Notes: generated by a model from the sequence alone, not told the origin. Counted from the first letter of the stretch, positions 7,124-17,604 are shown. The stretch is DNA of 32,000 nt from Sinorhizobium meliloti (GCF_017876815.1 NZ_JAGIOS010000001.1:750001-782000); one strand, 5' to 3'. Translations and numbers: made by a program.

Positions 7124-7807
7124 TCAGCTCTCCAGCGAATAGCCCGCGCCGCGCACCGTCCGGATGACGTCGGGCATGTTGGAGAAGTTCAGTGCCTTGC
7201 GCAGACGTCCGACATGGACGTCCACGGTCCGTTCGTCGACATAGATGTCGTGCCCCCAGACACCGTCCAGGAGCTGTGAACGGGAGAAGACGCGCCCCGG
7301 TGAGGACATGAGAAATTCCAGCAGCCGGAACTCCGTCGGGCCGAGGCGCACTTCACGGCTGCGGCGGTGGACGCGGTGCGTCTCCCGGTCGAGCTCGATA
7401 TCGCCGCAGCGCAGGAGCGTCGACAGAACCTCGGGCTTGGCGCGCCTGAGCATAGCCTTGACCCTCGCCATCAGTTCCGGCGTCGAGAAGGGCTTGACGA
7501 CGTAATCGTCGGCCCCGGTGGCAAGGCCCCGCACGCGCTCGCTCTCCTCGCCGCGCGCCGTCAGCATGATGATCGGCAGGCGCTCCGTTTCCGGCCGCTG
7601 GCGCAGCCTGCGGCAGAGCTCGATGCCGGAAACCCCGGGCAGCATCCAATCGAGGATGAGAAGGTCGGGCAGGCGCTCCTGCAGGCGGATCTCCGCCTCG
7701 TCGCCGCGAAGGATCGTATCGACCTCGAAGCCTTCTGCCTCGAGATTGTAGCGCAGGAGAACGCTTAGGGCTTCCTCATCTTCGACTACGGCAATCTTCG
7801 GCAACAT
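7124..7807 (-). CDS. phoB: Phosphate regulon response regulator (OmpR/PhoB family)
   Basis: 227 aa. The receiver domain reads MLPKIAVVEDEEAL...DLLILDWMLPG. The winged-helix output reads LGPTEFRLLEFL...VDVHVGRLRK. It is the last gene of the pst-phoU-phoB array, with AAGGAG SD. Confidence 0.92.
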   Translation of the reverse strand: MLPKIAVVEDEEALSVLLRYNLEAEGFEVDTILRGDEAEIRLQERLPDLLILDWMLPGVSGIELCRRLRQRPETERLPIIMLTARGEESERVRGLATGADDYVVKPFSTPELMARVKAMLRRAKPEVLSTLLRCGDIELDRETHRVHRRSREVRLGPTEFRLLEFLMSSPGRVFSRSQLLDGVWGHDIYVDERTVDVHVGRLRKALNFSNMPDVIRTVRGAGYSLES

Positions 7808-7917
7808 TCAGTAGGACTCCTTCCTACGCACGACAGCCGTCATGCCGCCGCGCACGGTGGTAGGCCGCGCCAAAGCGGCCGGAACAAATTCTGCATAGGC
7901 CCGGATGCCGGGCGATC

Positions 7918-8631
7918 TCAGTCCGTCACGGAACCCAATGTCGACGTCATGTCGTCCTTCGGCCGTTCGCCCTGCGGCTGGGCGCCTGTCGCCATGTAGT
8001 AGATCGTTTCGGCAATGTTGGTCGCGTGATCGCCGATACGCTCGATGTTCTTGGCGCAGAAAAGAAGATGCGTGCAGGGCGTGATGTTGCGCGGATCTTC
8101 CATCATGTAGGTCAGCAGTTCCCGGAACAGAGAAGTGTAGATCGCGTCGATCTCTTCATCGCGTTCGCGAATGCTGTTCGCCTTTTCCGGCGAACGGGAG
8201 GCGTAGACGTCCAGGACTTCCTTCAACTGAACGAGCGCGAGCTCGGCCAGGTGTTCGAGGCCGCGCGCAAGCTTACGCGGTATGCCCGAACCGGCGACGG
8301 CAATCACGCGCTTGGCGGTGTTCTTGCCGAGGTCGCCGACGCGCTCCAGGTCCGCGGCGATACGGATCGAACCCATGATCTCCCGTAGATCCGAGGCCAT
8401 GGGCTGGCGTTTGGCAATGGTGACGATCGCCTTTTCGCCGATCTGCCGTTCCGCGTCGTCCAGAATGGTGTCGTCGGAGATAACCTTCTGGGCGAGAGCA
8501 AGATCGGAATTGACGAGCGCACGGACGGAGTCCGCGACCATCTGCTCGGCAAGACCGCCCATCTCGGAGATGCGGCGCGTGAGATACTTCAACTCTTCGT
8601 CGAAGGCGGACATGATGTGTGCGTGAGACAT
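7918..8631 (-). CDS. phoU: Phosphate signalling complex protein PhoU
   Basis: ATG 8631 gives MSHAHIMSAFDEELKYL... (237 aa) with two PhoU repeats. The track ORF is extended to 8718. Confidence 0.9.
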   Translation of the reverse strand: MSHAHIMSAFDEELKYLTRRISEMGGLAEQMVADSVRALVNSDLALAQKVISDDTILDDAERQIGEKAIVTIAKRQPMASDLREIMGSIRIAADLERVGDLGKNTAKRVIAVAGSGIPRKLARGLEHLAELALVQLKEVLDVYASRSPEKANSIRERDEEIDAIYTSLFRELLTYMMEDPRNITPCTHLLFCAKNIERIGDHATNIAETIYYMATGAQPQGERPKDDMTSTLGSVTD

Positions 8632-8717
8632 ATTCGTTTCCTCGGGAGACGCGCTGTTCTGAATGGCTCGGTCGATCTTAAACCGGGAGGGACGGAAAAG
8701 CGCCGCCCCTCTCGCCA

Positions 8718-9533
<816 letters not shown>

Positions 9534-9546
9534 AGTCCTTACCCCA

Positions 9547-10869
9547 CTACCAGCGACGCTCAAAGCGACGCCGCAAGAGAATTGCCCCGAGATTCATGAA
9601 GATGAGAAAGATCAGGAGAATGATGATCGCTCCGGACGTACGCTCGACGAAGGCACGTTCTGCCTCGTTCGCCCACATGTAGATCTGCACCGGCAGCGCC
9701 GTGGACGGCTCCAGCGGCGACCCCGGAAAGTCGACCACGAAGGCGACCATGCCGATCAGAAGCAGCGGCGCCGTTTCGCCCAGCGCATGGGCGAGGCCGA
9801 TGATCGTGCCGGTCAGGATGCCGGGCATGGCAAGCGGCAGCACGTGATGGAAGATGGTCTGCATCTTCGATGCGCCGAGACCGAGTGCGGCGGAGCGGAT
9901 CGACGGAGGCACTGCCTTCAGGGCCGCCCTGGTAGCGATGATGATCGTCGGAAGCGTCATCAGCGTCAGCACGAAGGCACCGACGAGTGCTGCCGAGCGC
10001 GGCATGCCCGCGAAGTTGACGAAGACGGCAAGCCCGAGGAGGCCGTAGACGATGGACGGTACGGCCGCCAGGTTGTTGATGTTCACCTCGATCAGGTCCG
10101 TCAGCCGGTTTTTCGGCGCGAACTCCTCGAGATAGATGGAGGCGGCGACGCCGATCGGCAGCGACAGAACGAGCACGATCAGCATCATGTAGAGCGAGCC
10201 GAGAAGGGCGACGCCGACACCCGCCGCTTCAGGCCGGCTCGACGCGCCGAAGGTGAAGATGCCGGTGTTGAAGCTCTTCTTGAGCACGCCGGCCTCGGCA
10301 AGTTGGTTCATCCATGCGACCTGCTCATCCTTCACCTTGCGCTTGGTTTCGTCGACCGACAGGTCGATCTGCCCCTTGAACGCGGAATCGATGTTCGCCT
10401 CCGCAAGCAGCGTGACGGGGATCGTCCTGCCGATGACCGACGGATCGGCGACGACGATGTCACGCAGCTGCGTCCGGGCGCTGGCGGAGACCATATCGGC
10501 CGCCTGCTTCACCAGCGGCCGCTTCGACGGATCGAGGCCGAGCTGCTTTACCAGGGCCTCGCGCACCAGCAGCGGATAGTTGGCGGTATAGAGTTGCTTC
10601 GGATCGGTCGCCCGTTCGTTCTTCGGATCGATCACCTTCTCGGAAAACTCGATCGGCAACGTGATCGTCGTCTGCTGGAAGGCGGTATAGCCCTTCGAAA
10701 CGACGCTCCAGAGGAGAACCGCGAGGAAGAACAGACCGATGGCGATGGCGCTCATTCCGAAGGCACGGAAGCGGCGCTCCGCCGCATAGCGGCGCTTGAT
10801 GCCGATATCGCGTCGGCTTGCGGCAGGTCGGGTGGAGACCCTTACCGTCGGGGAGGCAAATTCGGTCAT
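9547..10869 (-). CDS. pstA: Phosphate ABC transporter permease PstA (long form)
   Basis: 440 aa. One N-terminal TM is followed by a roughly 170-aa soluble loop, then a typical PstA permease core. The ATG overlaps the pstC stop (ATGA at 10866-10869). Confidence 0.9.
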   Translation of the reverse strand: MTEFASPTVRVSTRPAASRRDIGIKRRYAAERRFRAFGMSAIAIGLFFLAVLLWSVVSKGYTAFQQTTITLPIEFSEKVIDPKNERATDPKQLYTANYPLLVREALVKQLGLDPSKRPLVKQAADMVSASARTQLRDIVVADPSVIGRTIPVTLLAEANIDSAFKGQIDLSVDETKRKVKDEQVAWMNQLAEAGVLKKSFNTGIFTFGASSRPEAAGVGVALLGSLYMMLIVLVLSLPIGVAASIYLEEFAPKNRLTDLIEVNINNLAAVPSIVYGLLGLAVFVNFAGMPRSAALVGAFVLTLMTLPTIIIATRAALKAVPPSIRSAALGLGASKMQTIFHHVLPLAMPGILTGTIIGLAHALGETAPLLLIGMVAFVVDFPGSPLEPSTALPVQIYMWANEAERAFVERTSGAIIILLIFLIFMNLGAILLRRRFERRW

Positions 10870-12350
10870 TCGTACTGTTCCCGATATTTGCGCACAATGT
10901 AGAGCGCGTAGATGTTGAGGCCGAGCGTGATGACGAAGAGCGTGATGCCGAGCGCAAAGGCGACCAGTGTCTGCGGCGAGGTGAATTCGAGGTCGCCCGT
11001 CAGCTGATTCACGATCTTGACCGTCACCGTGGTCATCGGCTCTAGGGGGTTCAATTGCATGCGCGCCGCGACACCGGCAGCGAGCACGACGATCATCGTC
11101 TCGCCCACCGCGCGCGAGGCCGTCAAAAGCAGCGCGCCGACGATGCCGGGAAGTGCTGCAGGCAGGATCACCTTCTTCACCGTTTCCGAGCGCGTCGCAC
11201 CGAGGCCGAGCGAGCCGTCACGCAGCGCCCGCGGCACCTGGGTGATGATGTCGTCGGACAATGAAGAAACGAACGGGATGAGCATGATGCCCATGACGAT
11301 GCCGGCGGTGATGACGCTCTGGGCCTGGATGAAGTTCTGGTAGTTGCCGGTGACGAGACCGTTCAGTTGCGTGGAGATGTCGCGCAGGAAAGGCCCCACG
11401 GTGACCAGCGCGAAGAAGCCGTAGACGATCGTCGGGATGCCGGCGAGCACTTCCAGGAGAGGCTTGGCTGTGGAACGCAGCCGCGGGCTCGCATACTCGG
11501 CCATGTAGATGGCGGCGAAGAGCCCGATCGGCACCGCGAAAAGCATCGCCACGAAGGCGATATACAGCGTGCCTGCAAGCAGCGGCAGCAGGCCGAACTG
11601 GCCGGAGGCGCCACCGCTTCCGGCCGCAGCGAAGCGCGGGTCCCAGACCGTGCCGAAGAAGAACTCGAAGGGCGACACCATGGTGAAGAAGCGGCCCGCC
11701 TCCGAGAGCATCGAGGCGACGATGCCGACCGTCGTGAGAATGGCTATGGACGAGGCGACGATGAGCGAGCCGAGCATGACGCGCTCCACCCGATTGCGGG
11801 CACGGAAACGGACGTCGATATTGCGGATCGCATAGAGTCCGCCGGCAACGGAAACGAGCAGCACGACGGCGCTCATCAGCCAGCGGCTGTATTGCCGCAT
11901 CGCATTGAACTGCTGGGCGGACTGGACCATGTAGGGCTCGCCCTCGCCGGCAAGCGCCACGCCCTTGGAGGCCAGGACTTCCCGCATGTTGGTCGAACCG
12001 TTCTCGATAGCAGCGAGTTCGTCCGCACTCAGGCGCTCGAAGCCCGCGGCCACGGACTTGACCTGACCGAGCGCGAGTTGAACGGTGGCTGCCCCCTGGT
12101 TCTGGACCGGCTCCGGAAGAGACGAACGAACGGTGTAATCGATATAGATCGGAGCGGCGATGAGCCATACCGCAAGCAGAAGAAGAGCCGGCAGCATCGC
12201 CCAGATGGCGACGTAGCTGCCGTGATATCCGGGCAGGGAATGCAGGCTGGCGAGCTTGCCTCCGGACCGGGCGAACGAGCGGGCGCGGCCGGCAAGAAAC
12301 GCAATGAAACCGATCAAAGCGATGATCAGGAGAAGGAGCGAAGTACTCAT
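10866..12350 (-). CDS. pstC: Phosphate ABC transporter permease PstC (long form)
   Basis: 494 aa from ATG 12350, with GGAG 8 nt upstream. The track starts 2 codons earlier at GTG 12356. It is a multi-TM permease in one uninterrupted frame. Confidence 0.9.
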   Translation of the reverse strand: MSTSLLLLIIALIGFIAFLAGRARSFARSGGKLASLHSLPGYHGSYVAIWAMLPALLLLAVWLIAAPIYIDYTVRSSLPEPVQNQGAATVQLALGQVKSVAAGFERLSADELAAIENGSTNMREVLASKGVALAGEGEPYMVQSAQQFNAMRQYSRWLMSAVVLLVSVAGGLYAIRNIDVRFRARNRVERVMLGSLIVASSIAILTTVGIVASMLSEAGRFFTMVSPFEFFFGTVWDPRFAAAGSGGASGQFGLLPLLAGTLYIAFVAMLFAVPIGLFAAIYMAEYASPRLRSTAKPLLEVLAGIPTIVYGFFALVTVGPFLRDISTQLNGLVTGNYQNFIQAQSVITAGIVMGIMLIPFVSSLSDDIITQVPRALRDGSLGLGATRSETVKKVILPAALPGIVGALLLTASRAVGETMIVVLAAGVAARMQLNPLEPMTTVTVKIVNQLTGDLEFTSPQTLVAFALGITLFVITLGLNIYALYIVRKYREQYE

Positions 12351-12390
12351 CGGCACGTCTCCGCGACAGGCTTGTCGTAAGCCCCGGCAA

Positions 12391-12433
12391 ATTCGAAAAG
12401 AATGCGGCTCCGGCGCTGCGAAGCGCCGGAGCC
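12391..12433 (-). terminator. Strong intra-operon hairpin / partial terminator between pstS and pstC
   Basis: GGCTCCGGCGC (12406-12416) pairs with GCGCCGGAGCC (12423-12433): an 11-bp perfect stem with a 6-nt loop. On the minus strand it is followed by GCATTCTTTTCGAAT. It starts 9 nt after the pstS stop. Confidence 0.65.
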
Positions 12434-12441
12434 TGTCATGA

Positions 12442-13476
12442 TCAGAGCAGGTTGCCTGCCTCGAAGGACGTGCGGATTTCCTCGCGCTCGGCGTCCGGAG
12501 CGGCGACGAGGCCGTATTCGGCGAGCGGGCTGTCGGGGCCGATCATCTGATCGTCAACGAAGAATTCGACATATTCCTTGAGACCCGGAATTACGCCGAT
12601 GTGAGCCTTCTTAACGTAGAAGAACAGCGGGCGGGAAACCGGATACTCGCCGGAAGCGATCGTCTCGGTCGAGGGGACGATGCCGTTGACGGTCGCGACC
12701 TTCAGCTTGTCGGCGTTGTTTTCGTAGAAAGAGAGGCCGAAGACGCCGATGCCGTTCTTGTTCGAAGCGATGCGCGCCAGCGTTTCGGTGTAGTCGCCGT
12801 CGATGTCGACGGCCATGCCGTCCTTGCGTACGGCCACGCACTTGCTGAACTGCTGTTTTTCATCGCTGACGGCGGCCTTGATGACGTCCTGAGCGCCGGA
12901 GTCCTTGCAGCCGGCAGCAAGGATCTTCTCTTCGAAGACTTCGCGCGTGCCGTGCTTCTCGCCCGGAATATAGGCGGCGATTTCGGCGTCCGGAAGCGAA
13001 GCGTCGACTTCCGACCACTTCTTGTAAGGATTGGCGACGAGCTTGCCGTCGACGACGATTTCGGCGGCGAGCGCCTTGTAGAGGTGCTCCGGCTTCAGGG
13101 CGAGGTCGGCATTGCCGGCGTCGGTGGCGAAGACGATGCCGTCGTAGCCGATCTTCACTTCCTGGATCTCGGTCACGCCGGCAGCCTTGCAGGCCTCGAC
13201 TTCGCTGTCCTTGATCTTGCGGGAAGAGTTGGCGATATCGATCGTGTCTTCACCGACGCCCTTGCAGAATTCCTTCAGGCCGGCAGAGGAGCCGCCGGAC
13301 TCGACAACCGGCGTCTTGAAGTCGGGGAACGTCTCGCCGAAGTTCTCGGCAACGATCTTGGCATAGGGAAGAACGGTCGAGGAGCCGGCGACCTGGATCT
13401 GGTCGCGAGCCGCTGCAACGCCCGCGAAGGCGGCGGATGCAACCAGCGCCGCTACTGTGAGTTTAAGAGATTTCAT
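12442..13476 (-). CDS. pstS: Phosphate ABC transporter substrate-binding protein
   Basis: 344 aa with signal peptide MKSLKLTVAALVASAAFAGVAAA. GGGAGAA SD is upstream. It is the first gene of the pst array and is preceded by Pho boxes. Confidence 0.88.
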   Translation of the reverse strand: MKSLKLTVAALVASAAFAGVAAARDQIQVAGSSTVLPYAKIVAENFGETFPDFKTPVVESGGSSAGLKEFCKGVGEDTIDIANSSRKIKDSEVEACKAAGVTEIQEVKIGYDGIVFATDAGNADLALKPEHLYKALAAEIVVDGKLVANPYKKWSEVDASLPDAEIAAYIPGEKHGTREVFEEKILAAGCKDSGAQDVIKAAVSDEKQQFSKCVAVRKDGMAVDIDGDYTETLARIASNKNGIGVFGLSFYENNADKLKVATVNGIVPSTETIASGEYPVSRPLFFYVKKAHIGVIPGLKEYVEFFVDDQMIGPDSPLAEYGLVAAPDAEREEIRTSFEAGNLL

Positions 13477-13568
13477 GAATGTTCTCCCGGGATGGGCTTG
13501 TGTTGGTGCGCCAGGGTTCAGCGCTCTCTTCGCCGTTTCATCGGCCGCCCCTAGTTAGCCGCCGATGG

Positions 13569-13608
13569 CTACAGCTTTTATGTCAGTTCGGTGAAACATT
13601 TATGACAG
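13569..13608 (-). promoter_or_regulatory. Tandem Pho boxes (PhoB binding sites) of the pstS promoter
   Basis: The minus strand reads CTGTCAT-AAAT-GTTTCAC-CGAA-CTGACAT-AAAA-GCTGTAG, four 7-mers at 11-bp phasing. A -10-like CTAACT (13553-13558) lies 10 nt downstream. The site is about 95-130 nt upstream of the pstS ATG. Confidence 0.8.
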
Positions 13609-13670
13609 TCTAACATGCTGAAAATGCGGCATGATTTTCTCGGCGCAACATTTCAGCGCGGCGTCGTGTG

Positions 13671-14933
13671 TCAGAAGCGGACCTTGAAGACCGTGCCCTT
13701 CCCCACCTCCGAATGGATGAGCAGGCGGGCGCGGTGACGCGTGAGGATATGCTTGACGATCGCAAGGCCCAGGCCGGTGCCTTTCTTCGACCGGCTCGCC
13801 TCGACATTGACCCGGTAGAAACGCTCGGTGATGCGCGGGACATGCTCGGCAGGTATTCCCGGACCGTGGTCGGTAACCGTCACCTCCGCCTGGTGACCAT
13901 TCCCGCCGGTCAGCCGCACATCCACCTGCTTGCCTTCCTGCCCGTATTTGCAGGCGTTTTCGATCAGGTTTTCGAAGACCTCCACCAATTCGTCCCGATC
14001 CCCCTGGACGAAAACCGGAGTCTCCGGAACCTCCAGCGCGATCGTCACGTCGAGTTCGCCCGCAAGCGGCGCCAGGCTGTCGCGCACGTGTCCGAGCAGC
14101 GGCCCGAGATCGACGGCATCGTCCGGCGCGATGTGCGACTTCAACTCGAGGCGCGACAGCGACAGGAGGTCGTCCACGAGCCGGCTCATGCGCGTGACCT
14201 GCTCGTGCATGATGCCGAAGAATTTCTCCTGGGCCTTCCGGTCGTCGCGGGCAGGGCCTTGCAGCGTCTCGATGAACCCGCGCAGCGATGCGAGCGGCGT
14301 GCGCAGCTCATGGCTGGCATTGGCGACGAAATCGGAGCGCATCCGGTCGATGCGGCGAGCCTGCGAGATATCGCGATAGGTCAGCAGAAAGATGCGCCGG
14401 CCGGAAACGTCGGAGCCGATGTCCACGGGCGCGACGCGAACCACGTAGACCGCCTCCGAAGGCAGCCTTTCCGCATGCTCGATCTGGTTGACCTTGCCTG
14501 TCGCGATCGTCTCGCGCACCATGTCGAGAATGCCGGGCGAACGGACGCGGGCGGAAAGGTAGCTGTCCTGGGGGATAGTTCCGAAGGCCTTCTCTGCGGC
14601 GGCGTTCTGGAAGACGACGGTCTCGTCGGCCGCCACGACGAGCACCGGCATGTCGAGCGCGTCGAGCAGGGGAGCAAGCGGGTCGGCCTTGGTTTCCACA
14701 GCAGCGCCGACGCTCGCCGGCGCTGTCTGGACGGGCGGCGCTCCCCGGTTGAGGATGGCCGCGACGAGCACGATCCAGAAAGGCAGGACGGCCAGCGGAT
14801 GGATGCCCGCGAGTGCGGCGAGGAAGGCGAGCACGACGGACAGGCCGAGAAGCCCGCGCTCCGCCTTCAACCTCGGCAGCAGGGTGCGCCAGAACACCTT
14901 CGCGCCATCCAACACGATATCCTCGTTCCTCAA
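13671..14933 (-). CDS. phoR: Phosphate regulon sensor histidine kinase
   Basis: 420 aa with two N-terminal TM segments, a PAS-like region, the H-box SHELRTPL, and N/G boxes. The start is TTG at 14933, with GGAGG 7 nt upstream. Confidence 0.9.
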   Translation of the reverse strand: MRNEDIVLDGAKVFWRTLLPRLKAERGLLGLSVVLAFLAALAGIHPLAVLPFWIVLVAAILNRGAPPVQTAPASVGAAVETKADPLAPLLDALDMPVLVVAADETVVFQNAAAEKAFGTIPQDSYLSARVRSPGILDMVRETIATGKVNQIEHAERLPSEAVYVVRVAPVDIGSDVSGRRIFLLTYRDISQARRIDRMRSDFVANASHELRTPLASLRGFIETLQGPARDDRKAQEKFFGIMHEQVTRMSRLVDDLLSLSRLELKSHIAPDDAVDLGPLLGHVRDSLAPLAGELDVTIALEVPETPVFVQGDRDELVEVFENLIENACKYGQEGKQVDVRLTGGNGHQAEVTVTDHGPGIPAEHVPRITERFYRVNVEASRSKKGTGLGLAIVKHILTRHRARLLIHSEVGKGTVFKVRF

Positions 14934-15146
14934 TTCGCTGCCTCCTGCACCTCGACGACTGCTGCTGATCCAGCCAGCGGCTCGGATGTCGCAGAAGTGA
15001 GGACAACCGCCTCAAAGCCTCCTTCCGAATCCGGCCATAAGGGCGCAGAGATAGCGTTGCTTCATGACATGATTTTCACGACATGCTTGAATCCGCAATG
15101 TAATTATGGCCTCCTCCGGAGAAATCGAGCGAGCGGGAGGAAGCAG

Positions 15147-16049
15147 ATGGCACTCGACGAAGCACCGGCCGAAGCAAGGCCGGGGAGCCGGGCGGTCGAA
15201 CTGGAGATCGACGGCAGAAGCCGCATCTTCGACATCGACGATCCGGACCTGCCGAAATGGATCGACGAGGAGGCCTTCCGCTCCGACGATTACCCCTACA
15301 AGAAAAAACTCGATCGGGAGGAATACGAAGAAACGCTGACGAAGCTGCAGATCGAACTGGTCAAGGTCCAGTTCTGGATGCAGGCGACCGGCAAGCGCGT
15401 GATGGCGGTCTTCGAGGGACGCGACGCTGCCGGCAAGGGTGGTGCGATCCACGCGACGACGGCCAATATGAACCCCCGCTCCGCGCGCGTCGTCGCACTG
15501 ACGAAACCGACGGAGACCGAACGGGGCCAGTGGTACTTCCAGCGCTATGTCGCAACCTTCCCGACCGCCGGCGAGTTCGTCCTTTTCGACCGCTCCTGGT
15601 ACAACCGCGCCGGTGTCGAACCGGTCATGGGCTTTTGCACCCCCGACCAGTACGAGCAATTCCTTAAAGAGGCGCCCCGCTTCGAGGAGATGATCGCGAA
15701 CGAGGGCATCCATCTCTTCAAGTTTTGGATCAATATCGGCCGGGAAATGCAACTGAAGCGCTTCCATGACCGGCGCCACGATCCGTTGAAGATCTGGAAG
15801 CTTTCGCCGATGGACATCGCGGCGCTGAGCAAGTGGGACGACTACACCGGAAAACGCGACCGTATGCTGAAGGAAACGCACACGGAGCACGGGCCATGGG
15901 CGGTCATCCGCGGCAACGACAAGCGCCGCTCGCGGATCAACGTGATCCGCCACATGCTGACGAAGCTCGACTATGACGGCAAGGACGAGGCGGCGATCGG
16001 AGAGGTCGACGAAAAGATCCTCGGCTCCGGCCCCGGTTTTCTCAGGTGA
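15147..16049 (+). CDS. ppk2: Polyphosphate kinase 2 (single-domain PPK2)
   Basis: ATG 15147 (GGGAGGAAG SD) gives a 300-aa protein. It has the Walker-A-like [11 protein letters not shown] and PPK2 core motifs (RSWYNRAG). The track ORF 13668..16049 is an artefactual 5' extension running antisense through phoR. Confidence 0.9.
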   Translation: MALDEAPAEARPGSRAVELEIDGRSRIFDIDDPDLPKWIDEEAFRSDDYPYKKKLDREEYEETLTKLQIELVKVQFWMQATGKRVMAVFEGRDAAGKGGAIHATTANMNPRSARVVALTKPTETERGQWYFQRYVATFPTAGEFVLFDRSWYNRAGVEPVMGFCTPDQYEQFLKEAPRFEEMIANEGIHLFKFWINIGREMQLKRFHDRRHDPLKIWKLSPMDIAALSKWDDYTGKRDRMLKETHTEHGPWAVIRGNDKRRSRINVIRHMLTKLDYDGKDEAAIGEVDEKILGSGPGFLR

Positions 16050-16066
16050 TTCCGACGCGCTGACGA

Positions 16067-17227
16067 TCAGCCGCCCGGCTGCACCCGGATCGCAAAGAGA
16101 TCGAGGCTGTTGCCGCCGCCGCTGAGATCGCTGTTGATCACCAGTTTTCCAGGGCTGCTGGGTGCCGAGCCGCGCTCGAAATTGACCTTCAACAGCATGT
16201 CGACCCGCTCGTCGTGCACGGTGAAGCGGTGCCGGCCGCAGTCGCCGAGCGTTGAGAAATCGCATTCGACCGAGAATTCGGTCGCCTTGCCGGGGGCCGC
16301 CTGAACCGTCAGGGCGAGTGTCGACGACTTGCCCGACAGCTGGGCAAGGACATCCGTGGGAATTTCGATCGCGACATCGCCCTCCTTGGCGGCCGCTGCC
16401 GAGATCAACCGCAGGCGCTCGCCTGCATCACCGTCGAATGGTTCCGCGCTGGCGCGCGGCCCCGGCGTTACCGCCGCAGTTTCTCCGGGAGCAAAGACCT
16501 CTATCCAATCGCCGGAGAAACCTTCCTGGGCGCCGAGGGTCTGCAGGCCGGCCACGCCGTCGAAATCCTCCGCATTCACCGTCGCGGGCGGATTGGCGAC
16601 GCCGGTGTCCGTCGGCGGCCGGAGCAGGTCGTTCGTCTGAACCCACCAGACGGCGACCCCGGCCGCCGCGGCAAGCGTCGCGACGATCATCGCATAGGAG
16701 AAGAACCGGCTGCGCCTGCGCTTGCGCGGACGCTGGCCGGCGACGCCCACTTCGGGGGCAGACGGGGCAGGCTTGCGCACGGTTTCTATTCTTCCCTCGT
16801 CCGCCGCCGCTCTGAAAGCCGCCGGCGGACCGTCGCGTTCGGGACGCAAAGCGCCGAGCCCGCCATCCGCCTGTGCAGGCGGGCTTCCCTCCGGCTTCGG
16901 CGCCGGCTCGCTCCGTGGCGCGGCGGGTGCTGGCGCTTCGGGAGCGCGCTCTACCCTATCGCCCCTTGCCTTCACCTCGCCAAGGCTCACCACCGGAGTC
17001 TGAGCGCGCTCCTTCAGGGCGGCGCGCTCTTCCATCTCGATCGCGCGGATGACCGCTTCGAGCCGCTGACGTTGCACGGAGATGACCTCCGGATCTTCGA
17101 TCTGCTGCTTCTGCAGACCGTTTTCCAGCGCCTGGCGCGCCGACTGATAGATGCGCGCCCGGATCTCCGCATTGCTTCGATCCGATCTTTCCAGCGCATT
17201 CCTGATCGCTGTCTCAAGTCCGCTCAC
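16067..17227 (-). CDS. Hypothetical bitopic membrane protein (no family recognised)
   Basis: The ORF runs 16067..17368. The preferred start is GTG 17227, with GAAGGA about 7 nt upstream (386 aa). The N-terminal ~175 aa has a charged helical segment and a Pro/Ala-rich linker. After RKRRRSR comes one TM (FFSYAMIVATLAAAAGVAVWWV), then a ~190-aa C-terminal domain. Confidence 0.6.
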   Translation of the reverse strand: MSGLETAIRNALERSDRSNAEIRARIYQSARQALENGLQKQQIEDPEVISVQRQRLEAVIRAIEMEERAALKERAQTPVVSLGEVKARGDRVERAPEAPAPAAPRSEPAPKPEGSPPAQADGGLGALRPERDGPPAAFRAAADEGRIETVRKPAPSAPEVGVAGQRPRKRRRSRFFSYAMIVATLAAAAGVAVWWVQTNDLLRPPTDTGVANPPATVNAEDFDGVAGLQTLGAQEGFSGDWIEVFAPGETAAVTPGPRASAEPFDGDAGERLRLISAAAAKEGDVAIEIPTDVLAQLSGKSSTLALTVQAAPGKATEFSVECDFSTLGDCGRHRFTVHDERVDMLLKVNFERGSAPSSPGKLVINSDLSGGGNSLDLFAIRVQPGG

Positions 17228-17575
17228 GTCAAATCCTTCTGCGCGAAGTCTTCCGGTTGCCGCAATGCGTGGCCGGATGTGCCTTTCTCGCGACGAGCCC
17301 CGCCTCTTCCCGTCACACGCCGTTGGTTTTATTAAGGATTGGGTAACCGCTGCATTGCGAATCTGCAAGTGCAGCCGCGACTTCGGCCGGTGTTCCCCAG
17401 GGAAAACATAGGCGAGCGTGGCCGAATTGCCGGAGCACGCACCGCTTTGCGGTATCGCGGCGTCTTATCGGAGGCGCAAAGGTCGCCGTTGTCTTCGGGT
17501 TGCTGCGTGTCTTTCCGAACCGATGGACTTCAGGAAGCATGCAGTAGGCAAGCGCGTCCGTTGCTGCTATCAGTT

Positions 17576-17597
17576 TTGACGTTTACGAGAACGTCAA
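17576..17597. promoter_or_regulatory. Inverted repeat TTGACGT-N8-ACGTCAA immediately upstream of the NMO-family gene
   Basis: TTGACGT (17576-17582) and ACGTCAA (17591-17597). The flanks TTGACGTTTACG and TCAAAGTT are identical to the fadD-proximal site at 24996-25015. Confidence 0.6.
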
Positions 17598-17604
17598 AGT
17601 TGGG

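Noticed and set aside
10866-12356. Possible frameshift or pseudogene in pstC, as reported for one S. meliloti laboratory strain.
   Set aside because: The reading frame is continuous for the whole gene, and the alternate-frame ORF (11218..12390) is an antisense-type artefact. pstC appears intact.
15059-15085. Possible Pho box in the phoR-ppk2 divergent region (GCTTCAT...TTTTCAC; GACATG repeated at 15066 and 15080).
   Set aside because: The half-site-like words are 14 nt apart rather than the 11-bp phasing seen at pstS, and neither matches CTGTCAT well. This is not enough to call a PhoB site.
13668-15146. The N-terminal 493 codons of the 793-aa track ORF 13668..16049.
   Set aside because: This part is antisense to phoR. 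A PPK2 of normal length (300 aa) starts at ATG 15147 with a strong SD.
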